Positions 26,427 through 34,055 of a stretch of DNA of 64,000 nt are shown here, piece by piece. The stretch lies in IMG/VR virus record IMGVR_UViG_3300049049_000146, positions 3,216-67,215 of that record. One strand, 5' to 3'. This stretch comes from a virus (lineage: Duplodnaviria > Heunggongvirae > Uroviricota > Caudoviricetes). Numbering within the stretch: position 1 is the first letter of the stretch; every line of letters starts with the position of its first letter. The notes under the pieces are model-generated. The model was given only the letters and a program-made list of their open reading frames with translations, was not told the origin of the DNA and searched no databases. Position numbers and translations under genes: made by a program.

Positions 26427-26596
26427 TCGTTCATTGCCTGTTCGAGCGTTAGCAGGATTTCGTTCGAGCATCTATCGCGCTCAGCTTCGTCACGAGTGTC
26501 GAAGGTGCGAGCCCTCTGGAGCTTGTCGGTATAGGAATGCTCGCTGCCCGGCCGGGCAACGAACTTCCCATCATCGCGCTTGAGTACGTACTTCAT
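26423..26596 (-). CDS. hypothetical protein
   Basis: ATGA overlap, start MKYVLK. Confidence 0.7.
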   Translation of the reverse strand: MKYVLKRDDGKFVARPGSEHSYTDKLQRARTFDTRDEAERDRCSNEILLTLEQAMNE

Positions 26597-26766
26597 CGGT
26601 CGAGAGGACGTCCCTTCCATTCCCGCTCGCCGATAGGCTTGCGGAAATTCAGCTGCGCCGGCTTGGGCCTCGGAGGGGTGAGCTTGTCAGTCACCCATTC
26701 CAAGAATGCGATCCCGCCGTAGAACGCGAAGATGAGGCAGAACTGGAATCGTTCCTTGAGCGTCAT
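26593..26766 (-). CDS. 57-aa membrane protein (not in ORF track)
   Basis: SD GGAGG; MTLKERFQFCLIFAFYGG. Confidence 0.6.
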   Translation of the reverse strand: MTLKERFQFCLIFAFYGGIAFLEWVTDKLTPPRPKPAQLNFRKPIGEREWKGRPLDR

Positions 26767-26815
26767 GGGGCCTCCCTCGTGTACATCGTTCCAGCGGGCA
26801 GAACGTTACACGAAA

Positions 26816-27235
26816 TCAGTACATCAGGGAGCCGGTGCCCCAATCCTCCGCGATCACGTCCCACGGCTTGGACCCCTCGTCCTCCTCGGGCTCCATCTCA
26901 CCGACGTGCTTGAAGCGCTCGGGGTGATCCTTCATCATCTGCTCGATTCGCGACGCCCAGACGTAGGAGACCGGGTCGTCGTTGAACGCCGAGAGGACGA
27001 GATCGTTTAGCGCGTCGCGCTTGCTCTCGTCGTCCGCCACCTCTTCGATCTCGACGTAATCGTTCGCGATGAAGTGTAGTTCGTAGCTCGGCGTCAACTC
27101 GCAACAGTGGACGTGACGGTTGCGGTCGAAGGCGTACACCCCGTACATTTCCTTCGTCTGCGCCTGGATATCCTCACGCCAGTGGCGACGCTCGTCGATC
27201 TTGACCAGGTACCAATCAGGCTTCACGGTCGTCAT
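26816..27235 (-). CDS. hypothetical protein
   Basis: SD AGGAG. Confidence 0.75.
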   Translation of the reverse strand: MTTVKPDWYLVKIDERRHWREDIQAQTKEMYGVYAFDRNRHVHCCELTPSYELHFIANDYVEIEEVADDESKRDALNDLVLSAFNDDPVSYVWASRIEQMMKDHPERFKHVGEMEPEEDEGSKPWDVIAEDWGTGSLMY

Positions 27236-27404
27236 CGGCATTCTCCTTTGCAGGAATGAGGCTCGACTTCGGACGGGGGCAGCGAGGGCAACAACCCCGA
27301 TTCAATTCCTTGTACGTCGGCGTGTAGCCACACTTCTGGCACTCGTAGCCTTCCGCCTTCTCGTTGTCGTCGTTCTGGTAATCGTACTCGTAGTAGTCGC
27401 TCAT
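27216..27404 (-). CDS. small zinc-ribbon protein
   Basis: CQKC..CPRC; TGATG coupling. Confidence 0.65.
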   Translation of the reverse strand: MSDYYEYDYQNDDNEKAEGYECQKCGYTPTYKELNRGCCPRCPRPKSSLIPAKENADDDREA

Positions 27405-27727
27405 CAGTAGCCCCGGATTTTGCGGACGATCGCAGCGCCAGCGAGCTTGTTGAGTCGGTGGAATAGACTTTCGACGCGAGGACTATAGATTCCGCACAGC
27501 GTACCCATGTCGCGGTCGGCGACATCCACGTCAACCGATTCTCCCGACTCCCACGCGGTCAGCCGCTTTTCGATTGCGTCAAGCGTTGCGCCGGGCACCT
27601 CGATTGCGTACTGATTTCCGCACTGATTGCACTGCCGAGTCGTATCATCGAGCGGCGACGTTTCATTTCGGCCGCATACGAAGCACGTCTCGGCAGGCTC
27701 TCCTCGGAAGTTCACCATGGCGTTCAT
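27404..27727 (-). CDS. zinc-ribbon protein
   Basis: CFVC..CNQC; TGATG coupling. Confidence 0.7.
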   Translation of the reverse strand: MNAMVNFRGEPAETCFVCGRNETSPLDDTTRQCNQCGNQYAIEVPGATLDAIEKRLTAWESGESVDVDVADRDMGTLCGIYSPRVESLFHRLNKLAGAAIVRKIRGY

Positions 27728-28056
27728 CACAGTTCCGATTCCTTCACGTCGCTGACGCGAAAACCGAAGATGTCGTCGGAGCCACTGACTTCGGTCTCCA
27801 GCATTCGGAGGATCGGAATGATCGACTTCATTCCATACCGCTCCGCATCGACGTCGTCGTGGATCTGGACGTGCTTGTTCTTCTCGCCGACCCCGAAGAA
27901 TGCGTACGACCCCATTCCTGAAACGAACGTTAGCCTATGCTTCCGGCAGAACGGGCGGAGGACGTCCACTCGCCAACACTCGGCGAGCCCATTCACGTCA
28001 TCGTTGAAGCGATTGACGAGTTCCTTGAGGTCTTTCTTGGTCGATGCGTTATTCAC
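27727..28056 (-). CDS. hypothetical protein
   Basis: GTGA overlap. Confidence 0.75.
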   Translation of the reverse strand: MNNASTKKDLKELVNRFNDDVNGLAECWRVDVLRPFCRKHRLTFVSGMGSYAFFGVGEKNKHVQIHDDVDAERYGMKSIIPILRMLETEVSGSDDIFGFRVSDVKESEL

Positions 28057-28232
28057 CTCGACCTACCTTCCATGAAGAGAACGCCGCCCGTCGTGTAGAA
28101 GTAGAATTCGATTCGTCCTTCGGCGTTACGGCTGGCTTCGTTCTCCATGTCCCACATGCATTCCCGCATGCGCAGCGCCTCCTCATCGCGCTCTTCGATG
28201 AGGAGGTCCATCGTATCCCACGACAGCTGCAT
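28053..28232 (-). CDS. hypothetical protein
   Basis: start just after upstream stop. Confidence 0.6.
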   Translation of the reverse strand: MQLSWDTMDLLIEERDEEALRMRECMWDMENEASRNAEGRIEFYFYTTGGVLFMEGRSR

Positions 28233-28234
28233 TA

Positions 28235-28507
28235 TCAGTCCATGTCGTCCGAGTTGCTGACGTCTTCGATCTCGAAATCGAGGGCCGCTAGCACTCGGCG
28301 AACGATGCTCTGGTGCTTCGACGTCGTAACGCTGCGCTTCTCCGAGCAGAATCGCGCCGTCTTCGTGACGGGATCCAGCACCGCGAGCTTCATCGCGTAG
28401 CTGCTGAACGTCTGGGTCTTCGGATCGAACGAGAGGGCGCCGCACTTCTGCCGCCGATTCGTCTTGACTGCGTCGACTAGCTTCTGGTCGTTGCTCATGT
28501 TGCGCAT
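28235..28507 (-). CDS. conserved phage protein (S.TTSKHQS motif)
   Basis: TGATG coupling; recurring motif. Confidence 0.7.
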   Translation of the reverse strand: MRNMSNDQKLVDAVKTNRRQKCGALSFDPKTQTFSSYAMKLAVLDPVTKTARFCSEKRSVTTSKHQSIVRRVLAALDFEIEDVSNSDDMD

Positions 28508-28896
28508 CACATGCCTCCGCTGGTGACGAGATCCCCGAACACGGCGCGGCGAATGTCGCTCTCGTCGAGCTTGACGTAATCCTCCCACGCCGGCTCGACC
28601 CATTCACCGTCCTCGTCCTCGAATCCCTTGGGCTCGTCGGTCTGGACGAACTCAGCCTGGACGTCGAACCAGGTCGTCTGAATGTTCTCGCTCGCCCACT
28701 CCCTCAGCTGGTCGATGGCCTTGACGTAGCCCGGCCAGTCCTCGACACCCTCAGCCTCGCAGTAGTATTCGGCCCCCATCGGTCCGTAATTGACGTCGAA
28801 GAGAGCGCACTGACGTAGCTTCTTCGTCTTCTCGTCCATCAGATCGATGTAGTGCTGACGAATCGCTGCCCGAGCCTTGTCGTACATCCTGCTCAT
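28507..28896 (-). CDS. hypothetical protein
   Basis: SD AAGGA. Confidence 0.75.
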   Translation of the reverse strand: MSRMYDKARAAIRQHYIDLMDEKTKKLRQCALFDVNYGPMGAEYYCEAEGVEDWPGYVKAIDQLREWASENIQTTWFDVQAEFVQTDEPKGFEDEDGEWVEPAWEDYVKLDESDIRRAVFGDLVTSGGM

Positions 28897-28907
28897 GGGA
28901 TTTCCTT

Positions 28908-29177
28908 TCAGCCCCTTGCCGGGACCAGATTGAGGGCCGTGTTCAGAGCACTGAACATTCCATCCATCGTGGGGATCGTGTACTCGTGGGGCTCGGCGGG
29001 GACCCCGTTGCGCCGCTCCAACTCCTCCCGAGTGAGAAGCTGTCTGATCTTTGCCTCCCAGAGCGTCGCCACTCCCGGAGGCGAAGCCTCCATCGGCGGC
29101 TCGACCTCGACGAGCCATTCGCGGCCGTCGGGTCCCGTGATTTCCACCGAGATCCTGTGGTAAACGATCATTCCCAT
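28908..29177 (-). CDS. hypothetical protein
   Basis: SD GGAGG. Confidence 0.7.
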   Translation of the reverse strand: MGMIVYHRISVEITGPDGREWLVEVEPPMEASPPGVATLWEAKIRQLLTREELERRNGVPAEPHEYTIPTMDGMFSALNTALNLVPARG

Positions 29178-29194
29178 CGCGACCTCCGGGCCAG

Positions 29195-29546
29195 AAATGG
29201 AAAACCCCCATCAAGCTTTTGGCTATCAGGGGGCGTAGGGTGCCGGCCTAGGGCGTGTATCACCGGCGTGAGGGCATCTACCTGGATGTTCATTCCGAAG
29301 CTTGAAGGGTTCGCAATACCATGGCGCATGCTTGTGCCAGCATTATTCCTTCAATTCGGTTTTACCGCACCCGTCCCCTTTTGTCTGGTTCCTCGTCTCC
29401 GACACGAGAGCCGCCTTCCACCAGCAAGTCACGGCGGTATACACTGGAGATTGCCGGGCGGACAACTCCAGTTGTGAAGTAGGGCGCCGACCCTACTTCA
29501 CAACCCGACGAGGCTTTTTCATCGGCTTACTGCTGCCTCGTCGATC
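29195..29546 (-). ncRNA. candidate ~350-nt structured non-coding RNA, family unknown
   Basis: longest gene-free gap among minus-strand genes; begins at predicted +1 G of promoter copy 19; at least 7 helices incl. a perfect 14-bp stem; ends in hairpin plus U-tract. Confidence 0.6.
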
Positions 29547-29552
29547 GAACTC

Positions 29553-29569
29553 TAGCATCGTTGGACTTT
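29553..29569 (-). promoter_or_regulatory. phage promoter-like motif copy 19 (drives candidate ncRNA)
   Basis: AAAGTCC-AAC-GATGCTA. Confidence 0.85.
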
Positions 29570-29571
29570 GG

Positions 29572-29913
29572 TCAGATAGGGATCTCCCACTCCTCGGGAA
29601 TCTGAGGGAGCGGGCCAAGGTATACGTGGTCGTCCTTCAGATTCTCGACGGTGCTCCCCTTCCCCATCTTGTAGACGCCACCATCCCGATCGACGATCAC
29701 GAGAACCGTCTGCGGAACGAAGCCGAAGAAAGGGTAGACCTCAAGGTACGAGCCCGTCTCTCGTACGTCGCCTGCTCGGCACCACGCGAGAACTCGCTGG
29801 TATCTCGCCGATGAAGGCTCAGCAATCGTGATGTCGAACATGGAACCCGTGCGGATGAATTGCACGACGTCCCGGATTCGACTCCTGACCACACGCAGCT
29901 TGTTCCGAATCAT
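29572..29913 (-). CDS. hypothetical protein
   Basis: ATGA overlap. Confidence 0.65.
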   Translation of the reverse strand: MIRNKLRVVRSRIRDVVQFIRTGSMFDITIAEPSSARYQRVLAWCRAGDVRETGSYLEVYPFFGFVPQTVLVIVDRDGGVYKMGKGSTVENLKDDHVYLGPLPQIPEEWEIPI

Positions 29914-30137
29914 GCGGTACCCTTGCTCGGCATCTGAATGATTCCGAGGAACTGGAAGGCGAGCTTGAGATCGCGCTGCTCAGAGCGTCGCACCGCCTCA
30001 GCATGAAGCCAGAGTGATTGAAGTCGCTTGCTGACGAGACGATCATCGAGGCGAAGCATCCACGAGCGCAGGTCTTCCACGCCATTGATGTCCGCCTCGA
30101 TGAGGATCTCTTGGTCAACGGTGTCGACGATATTCAT
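29910..30137 (-). CDS. hypothetical protein
   Basis: abuts upstream stop. Confidence 0.65.
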   Translation of the reverse strand: MNIVDTVDQEILIEADINGVEDLRSWMLRLDDRLVSKRLQSLWLHAEAVRRSEQRDLKLAFQFLGIIQMPSKGTA

Positions 30138-30356
30138 TCAGTCCACCTTCTTCGTTGCGGCCTCGTAGAACGAGACGCGCTGCTTGCTGCCCTTCGGGCC
30201 TACTCGCTTTGACGTGTTGGTGTGTCCCGCAATCCAGACCCATGCCTTGCGGATACAGGGGCCGCAGATGATCATGGTTTCAGAATACTGACAGCCAGTA
30301 GCGGGATGCGCGACACCCTTGCACGACGCACAGATGTAGCGCTTGAACTCTTCCAC
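30138..30356 (-). CDS. small zinc-finger protein
   Basis: CASC..CGPC; SD GGAGG. Confidence 0.7.
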   Translation of the reverse strand: MEEFKRYICASCKGVAHPATGCQYSETMIICGPCIRKAWVWIAGHTNTSKRVGPKGSKQRVSFYEAATKKVD

Positions 30357-30383
30357 ATTCCCCTCCTTTCAGGGGATGGTATA

Positions 30384-30680
30384 TCACGCGTGGTGGAAAT
30401 CGCGCAACAGAATCCCGGGCTCGATCCCCGGTGCAGCGTCGCCGATGATTTCCACGACCACTTCCTGGGACGTCAGCCAGTAGCAGTTGTCGTGCGTCAG
30501 CCTCTCGTTCGTTTCCCAAACGAACTTCTGGTCGAACTCAGCATCGCATTCGATGCCGCAGCTAAACGTGGCGGCACGCTTGGCGGCATCCGGGTCAGCC
30601 GCGGCGACGATCAGGCCACGCGTCTGATCGTACGTGCTGCGCTTCGGACCGATGTTCCTGGAGAGCTTGTAGAGTTTCAA
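30384..30680 (-). CDS. hypothetical protein
   Basis: TTGA overlap. Confidence 0.7.
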   Translation of the reverse strand: MKLYKLSRNIGPKRSTYDQTRGLIVAAADPDAAKRAATFSCGIECDAEFDQKFVWETNERLTHDNCYWLTSQEVVVEIIGDAAPGIEPGILLRDFHHA

Positions 30681-30838
30681 GCCTCATCCTCCATTTCGTA
30701 GAGCTTATCCAGCGCCTTACCGATCTCATCGAAGTCGGTCTGGATGTAATCGATCGTGAGCGGGTCGCCGTCACGCTCAGCCAGCTTGGCGATGGACAAT
30801 GCGCGTTCCCGAATCTTAGCGAGGAGTTCTTTCTTCAT
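30677..30838 (-). CDS. 53-aa hypothetical protein (not in ORF track)
   Basis: TAATG coupling; MKKELLAKIRE.. Confidence 0.65.
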   Translation of the reverse strand: MKKELLAKIRERALSIAKLAERDGDPLTIDYIQTDFDEIGKALDKLYEMEDEA

Positions 30839-31539
30839 TAGTCCCTCGGCAGATCGGCAATCGAGTTGCCATAGAAGATGGAGATCTCGGGCATCTCCTT
30901 ATCGAGCGGCGTCTCTTCCTGGTTGTCCGGCTCGGGGAAGAACGTGCGCACGTAATCCCGCATCTGCTTGAGGCGGGGCTTGGAGATGATCCACATTTGC
31001 TTGTGGTCGTCACCCTCTCGGCCGGCACGCTGGTACACGAACACGGGCTCGCCGTCGAACTTCACGATCGCCATCGTTTGGCACCGACGACCATCGAAGC
31101 AATGGTCAACGATGTAGTCCGTACGAATGCGCTGCTCCGCCTCGATCTTGTCGTTCGCGTCGGCGTGGAAGAAGATCTGGTAATTCGTATTGTCGTCGTT
31201 GATGAAGTCGTCGAGGCCGTAGACAGAGTGCCGCGTGTAGGCGACCGGCGCAGTGAGAAGCTCGCGCAGCGTCACGTACGGCAGACCGTACGCTCGGAAA
31301 TACGACATCTGCTTATCGACTCGCGGCATGTCGACGCGGTGCATCTTCTGGCAGAGGAACACCGCCTCCTCCGGCGTCTCTGCGTCGATGATTTCCTCCG
31401 CCGACTGGCTGAACTCTGCCATTCGCTGCTCGACGGTATCCAGGGTGCGAGTACCGTTCTCTCGGTCCTTGTCGACCGCAGCCTTGCAACGGTCCATGTC
31501 GCCCTTGTACCACCAATGCATCTGGACGAGGAAGCGCAT
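30838..31539 (-). CDS. hypothetical protein (DHCFDGRR motif)
   Basis: TGATG coupling. Confidence 0.8.
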   Translation of the reverse strand: MRFLVQMHWWYKGDMDRCKAAVDKDRENGTRTLDTVEQRMAEFSQSAEEIIDAETPEEAVFLCQKMHRVDMPRVDKQMSYFRAYGLPYVTLRELLTAPVAYTRHSVYGLDDFINDDNTNYQIFFHADANDKIEAEQRIRTDYIVDHCFDGRRCQTMAIVKFDGEPVFVYQRAGREGDDHKQMWIISKPRLKQMRDYVRTFFPEPDNQEETPLDKEMPEISIFYGNSIADLPRD

Positions 31540-32072
31540 CAGTATTCTTCTTTCTTCTCCGGAATGATTCGCCGGAGCATCTCTTCGGTGACTGCCTTGA
31601 TCGTTGCAGTCTTCGGAGTGTCTCTCGTGGCGTAGTGACCGACCATCACGGCGGCTTCGTCGAGAGTGTTGACGAATTCGTTTACGCCTGATCTGCGAAT
31701 GATGTAGAACGCCGTGCGGACGATTGCTCTTGCTACCCCAGCAAACAGACTATCGCTCTTCGGAAAGACGATGATGTACTTCTGAATCTCTTCCGCGGCC
31801 TTCAAGTCCGATTCCATTTGCTTTCGCAGTCGGATATCAGGCGGGCTCGATTCGGGGAGGATGATGCTGATACACAACACCTTCGGGTACTTCGCCCTGA
31901 GCCTGTCAAGCCTTGCTCGGTACCACGCCCAATTATGGAGCGTGACCGGGTCGTGCCACGTCGAGATAATGACGTCGCCGACAGCTGCGACAGCCAACCC
32001 ATTCAGAGTTTCGATGTTGTGAAACACAGTCTCCTCACCAACCGATACGGACGATCTCTCCGACTCGTCCAA
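31539..32072 (-). CDS. STAS/SpoIIAA-like protein of myxobacterial type
   Basis: PPD..LRKQM..FAGVARAIV..F.NTLDEAA pattern; start uncertain. Confidence 0.55.
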   Translation of the reverse strand: MDESERSSVSVGEETVFHNIETLNGLAVAAVGDVIISTWHDPVTLHNWAWYRARLDRLRAKYPKVLCISIILPESSPPDIRLRKQMESDLKAAEEIQKYIIVFPKSDSLFAGVARAIVRTAFYIIRRSGVNEFVNTLDEAAVMVGHYATRDTPKTATIKAVTEEMLRRIIPEKKEEY

Positions 32073-32589
32073 TACACTCAGGACCGAATCCCGAGTCGAT
32101 GCTTTCAGGCACGGTCAGTACACGAGCGCACCGACCGCAGCGCCCTTCGTGTCTGAATTCAAATCCCTCCGGGAAGGGATTTGCTTGGCCACTCCACAGC
32201 CTGAGAGTGAACCACTTGAATGCATACGCCGAGGGAGCGCCCTCAGAGATACGCGACTTCTGAGAATGAACGTACCTCGGCTTCTGCGGGCCGTCGTCGA
32301 AAATGGATCCGATGAACGTGTAGTCGCTCGTGTTCTCAGGTCCGGTCAGTACACGAACGAAGAGCACCGGCTTCTCGACGACCTTGACCTTCGCAGGCTT
32401 CCACCCATTTGCTGCGTCACGGTACGTAGTCGGTAGTTCCGTCTGCGTACCGCTGGGTAGCTGCTCTTGCTTTCGGTAGCGCCTCACCTGGTACGTGAAG
32501 CGGTTGCCGCTCTTCCGGTTGCTGATGGTGAAAATAGCACGACCGCCTCGGAGGAAGCGGTCGATGTCTTCGGGTTTCGTCAGAGCCAT
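32035..32589 (-). CDS. DUF6011-family protein
   Basis: CGRCARVLTVPESIDSGFGPEC. Confidence 0.85.
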   Translation of the reverse strand: MALTKPEDIDRFLRGGRAIFTISNRKSGNRFTYQVRRYRKQEQLPSGTQTELPTTYRDAANGWKPAKVKVVEKPVLFVRVLTGPENTSDYTFIGSIFDDGPQKPRYVHSQKSRISEGAPSAYAFKWFTLRLWSGQANPFPEGFEFRHEGRCGRCARVLTVPESIDSGFGPECIGRVGEIVRIGW

Positions 32590-32789
32590 TCGTCGTCTCC
32601 TCGAAGACGCAACGGCAAGCGTTCAAGCTCCTCGTCGAGTTGCGTCATGTACTTTCGGTGGTGGGCCTGACAGTGGAGTAGCTTCTCCCCGCTCGGCTCA
32701 TCCACGTCGGTGTCGCTGTACTCGCCCTTCTCACTGCATCCACTCCAGGTGCAGATGCCGGCCAGCTTCTTTCGCATGAATTCATTCAT
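32580..32789 (-). CDS. small zinc-finger protein
   Basis: CTWSGC..HCQAHH; follows structured leader. Confidence 0.7.
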   Translation of the reverse strand: MNEFMRKKLAGICTWSGCSEKGEYSDTDVDEPSGEKLLHCQAHHRKYMTQLDEELERLPLRLRGDDEWL

Positions 32790-32812
32790 GGGGTGACCCT
32801 TCCTGGTTCAGC

Positions 32813-32912
32813 GCTGAGGGCTGCACTCCATCCCATTTCAGGCTCGTAGCCTCGGTCTTTTGCTTTCCCAGGGACCGGCCAGACCTCTCACCATTTGAGT
32901 GCAGCCCTCAGC
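32813..32912 (-). ncRNA. candidate 100-nt structured leader or sRNA (multibranch)
   Basis: perfect 16-bp inverted repeat 32813-32828/32897-32912 enclosing two small hairpins; stem starts at predicted +1. Confidence 0.6.
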
Positions 32913-32918
32913 CTCGCT

Positions 32919-32935
32919 TAGTATCGACGGGCTTT
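32919..32935 (-). promoter_or_regulatory. phage promoter-like motif copy 20
   Basis: AAAGCCC-GTC-GATACTA. Confidence 0.85.
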
Positions 32936-32941
32936 GCGCCC

Positions 32942-32977
32942 TTAAACGCGAGAAGGGCCCGGTGAGGGGCCCTTCTC
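32942..32977 (-). terminator. terminator-like hairpin fused to promoter
   Basis: GAGAAGGGCCC-CTCACC-GGGCCCTTCTC, tail GCGTTTAA. Confidence 0.85.
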
Positions 32978-32982
32978 TTACG

Positions 32983-33153
32983 TCAGCGTCCGATGAAGAA
33001 CAGCGGCCACAGGAACAAAGGAATGATCCAGTCGTGCAGGACTCCACTGCGCGTCGGACTCGACACATACCCGGCAAACACGAAGAACATTCCGACGACG
33101 ATGTACCCGACAGCTACTGCCCAGAAGACCCACAAAGGAATGAACAGGTGCAT
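32983..33153 (-). CDS. 56-aa two-helix membrane protein (not in ORF track)
   Basis: SD AGGAGG; MHLFIPLWVFWAVAVG.. Confidence 0.7.
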   Translation of the reverse strand: MHLFIPLWVFWAVAVGYIVVGMFFVFAGYVSSPTRSGVLHDWIIPLFLWPLFFIGR

Positions 33154-33217
33154 GGAACCTCCTGTCTCCTTAACGCTCGGGACCGGCTACTGGCCGAAAG
33201 AAAGTTGTAACTGCTTG

Positions 33218-33829
33218 TTACTGCTCGTCTTCCAGGAACGACTCGTCTTCCTCTAGGTCGTGCCCCGTCGCCTTGGCCCCGATCGAGCAGCCCCGGCCGT
33301 TGCCGAGAATCTCTTGTGCGATGGTGATCGCGTCGGCCTCGGTCTCGGCGTACAGGAAGAACGTCGGGATCTTACGACCGACCCCATTGCTTTCCTTCGC
33401 CTCGATCTCCCACTCACGCTGGAGTGCTTCTCTGTCGAACTCGCTCGGGTGGCCGTAGGAGAATTCACCGTGGCCCACCGTGAGCATGTGGGGAGGGTGG
33501 TCGTCGTCCCACGCGACACCGTGGCCCAGCCACTCCATCCCGAGATACCATCCGAAGCTGCTCGGGGTGGGGTCTTCGGTGTGGCGCCCCTCACGATTGA
33601 TTGCCTGCTCGTATAGTTCGCCGATGCCTCGCCACACGTTGGCACGCTTCTCGATCTCGATGATCGCATTGCGAGCAACGTCGCGTGCGTCCTGAGTGAC
33701 GGGGTCCATCACCTCCGTGATCTCGACGCCACTGAGATTCTCGATCCCGTACTCCTCCACGCAGTCAGCCCACGCAGTTGCATGAAGCGCACGAGCGAAG
33801 CCTTCGATGATTTCTTCGCGAACGTCCAT
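33218..33829 (-). CDS. hypothetical protein (FGWYLG..GHGVAWDD)
   Basis: SD GAGG, start MDVREE. Confidence 0.75.
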   Translation of the reverse strand: MDVREEIIEGFARALHATAWADCVEEYGIENLSGVEITEVMDPVTQDARDVARNAIIEIEKRANVWRGIGELYEQAINREGRHTEDPTPSSFGWYLGMEWLGHGVAWDDDHPPHMLTVGHGEFSYGHPSEFDREALQREWEIEAKESNGVGRKIPTFFLYAETEADAITIAQEILGNGRGCSIGAKATGHDLEEDESFLEDEQ

Positions 33830-33836
33830 GGATTCC

Positions 33837-34055
33837 TCAGTAGTCGATTGCACCAAGCCCCCTGACTCCCTGCTTATGAAGCACACGATGCAAGGCACGA
33901 GCGGTGTCGAGCAGGTTTTCCGACATCTGCTCGTAGAAATCACGAGCGTCGGGATTCGACTGGTCCTTCGCCGTCTGTTTGTAGATTCGCGCCTCGCCTC
34001 TCAGGTTCGAGAGGTGCCCAGCGAGCAGGTCCTCATCCGAAAGGTGAGTGGCCAT
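33837..34055 (-). CDS. hypothetical protein
   Basis: TAATG coupling. Confidence 0.7.
   Translation of the reverse strand: MATHLSDEDLLAGHLSNLRGEARIYKQTAKDQSNPDARDFYEQMSENLLDTARALHRVLHKQGVRGLGAIDY

Noticed and set aside
29195-29546. tmRNA, RNase P, CsrB/RsmZ or group II intron identity for the RNA candidate
   Set aside because: No tRNA-like ends or tag ending in AA-stop, no GAGGAAAGUCC P4 motif, no domain V, and about 7 GGA motifs is roughly chance level for this composition.
32845-32890. Partial resemblance to SRP helix 8 (GG-UCC..GGA-AGCA) or SAM-I/ZTP riboswitch fragments
   Set aside because: The GNRA loop and CAGG strand of SRP and the other conserved riboswitch elements are missing; the matches are only 5-8 nt.
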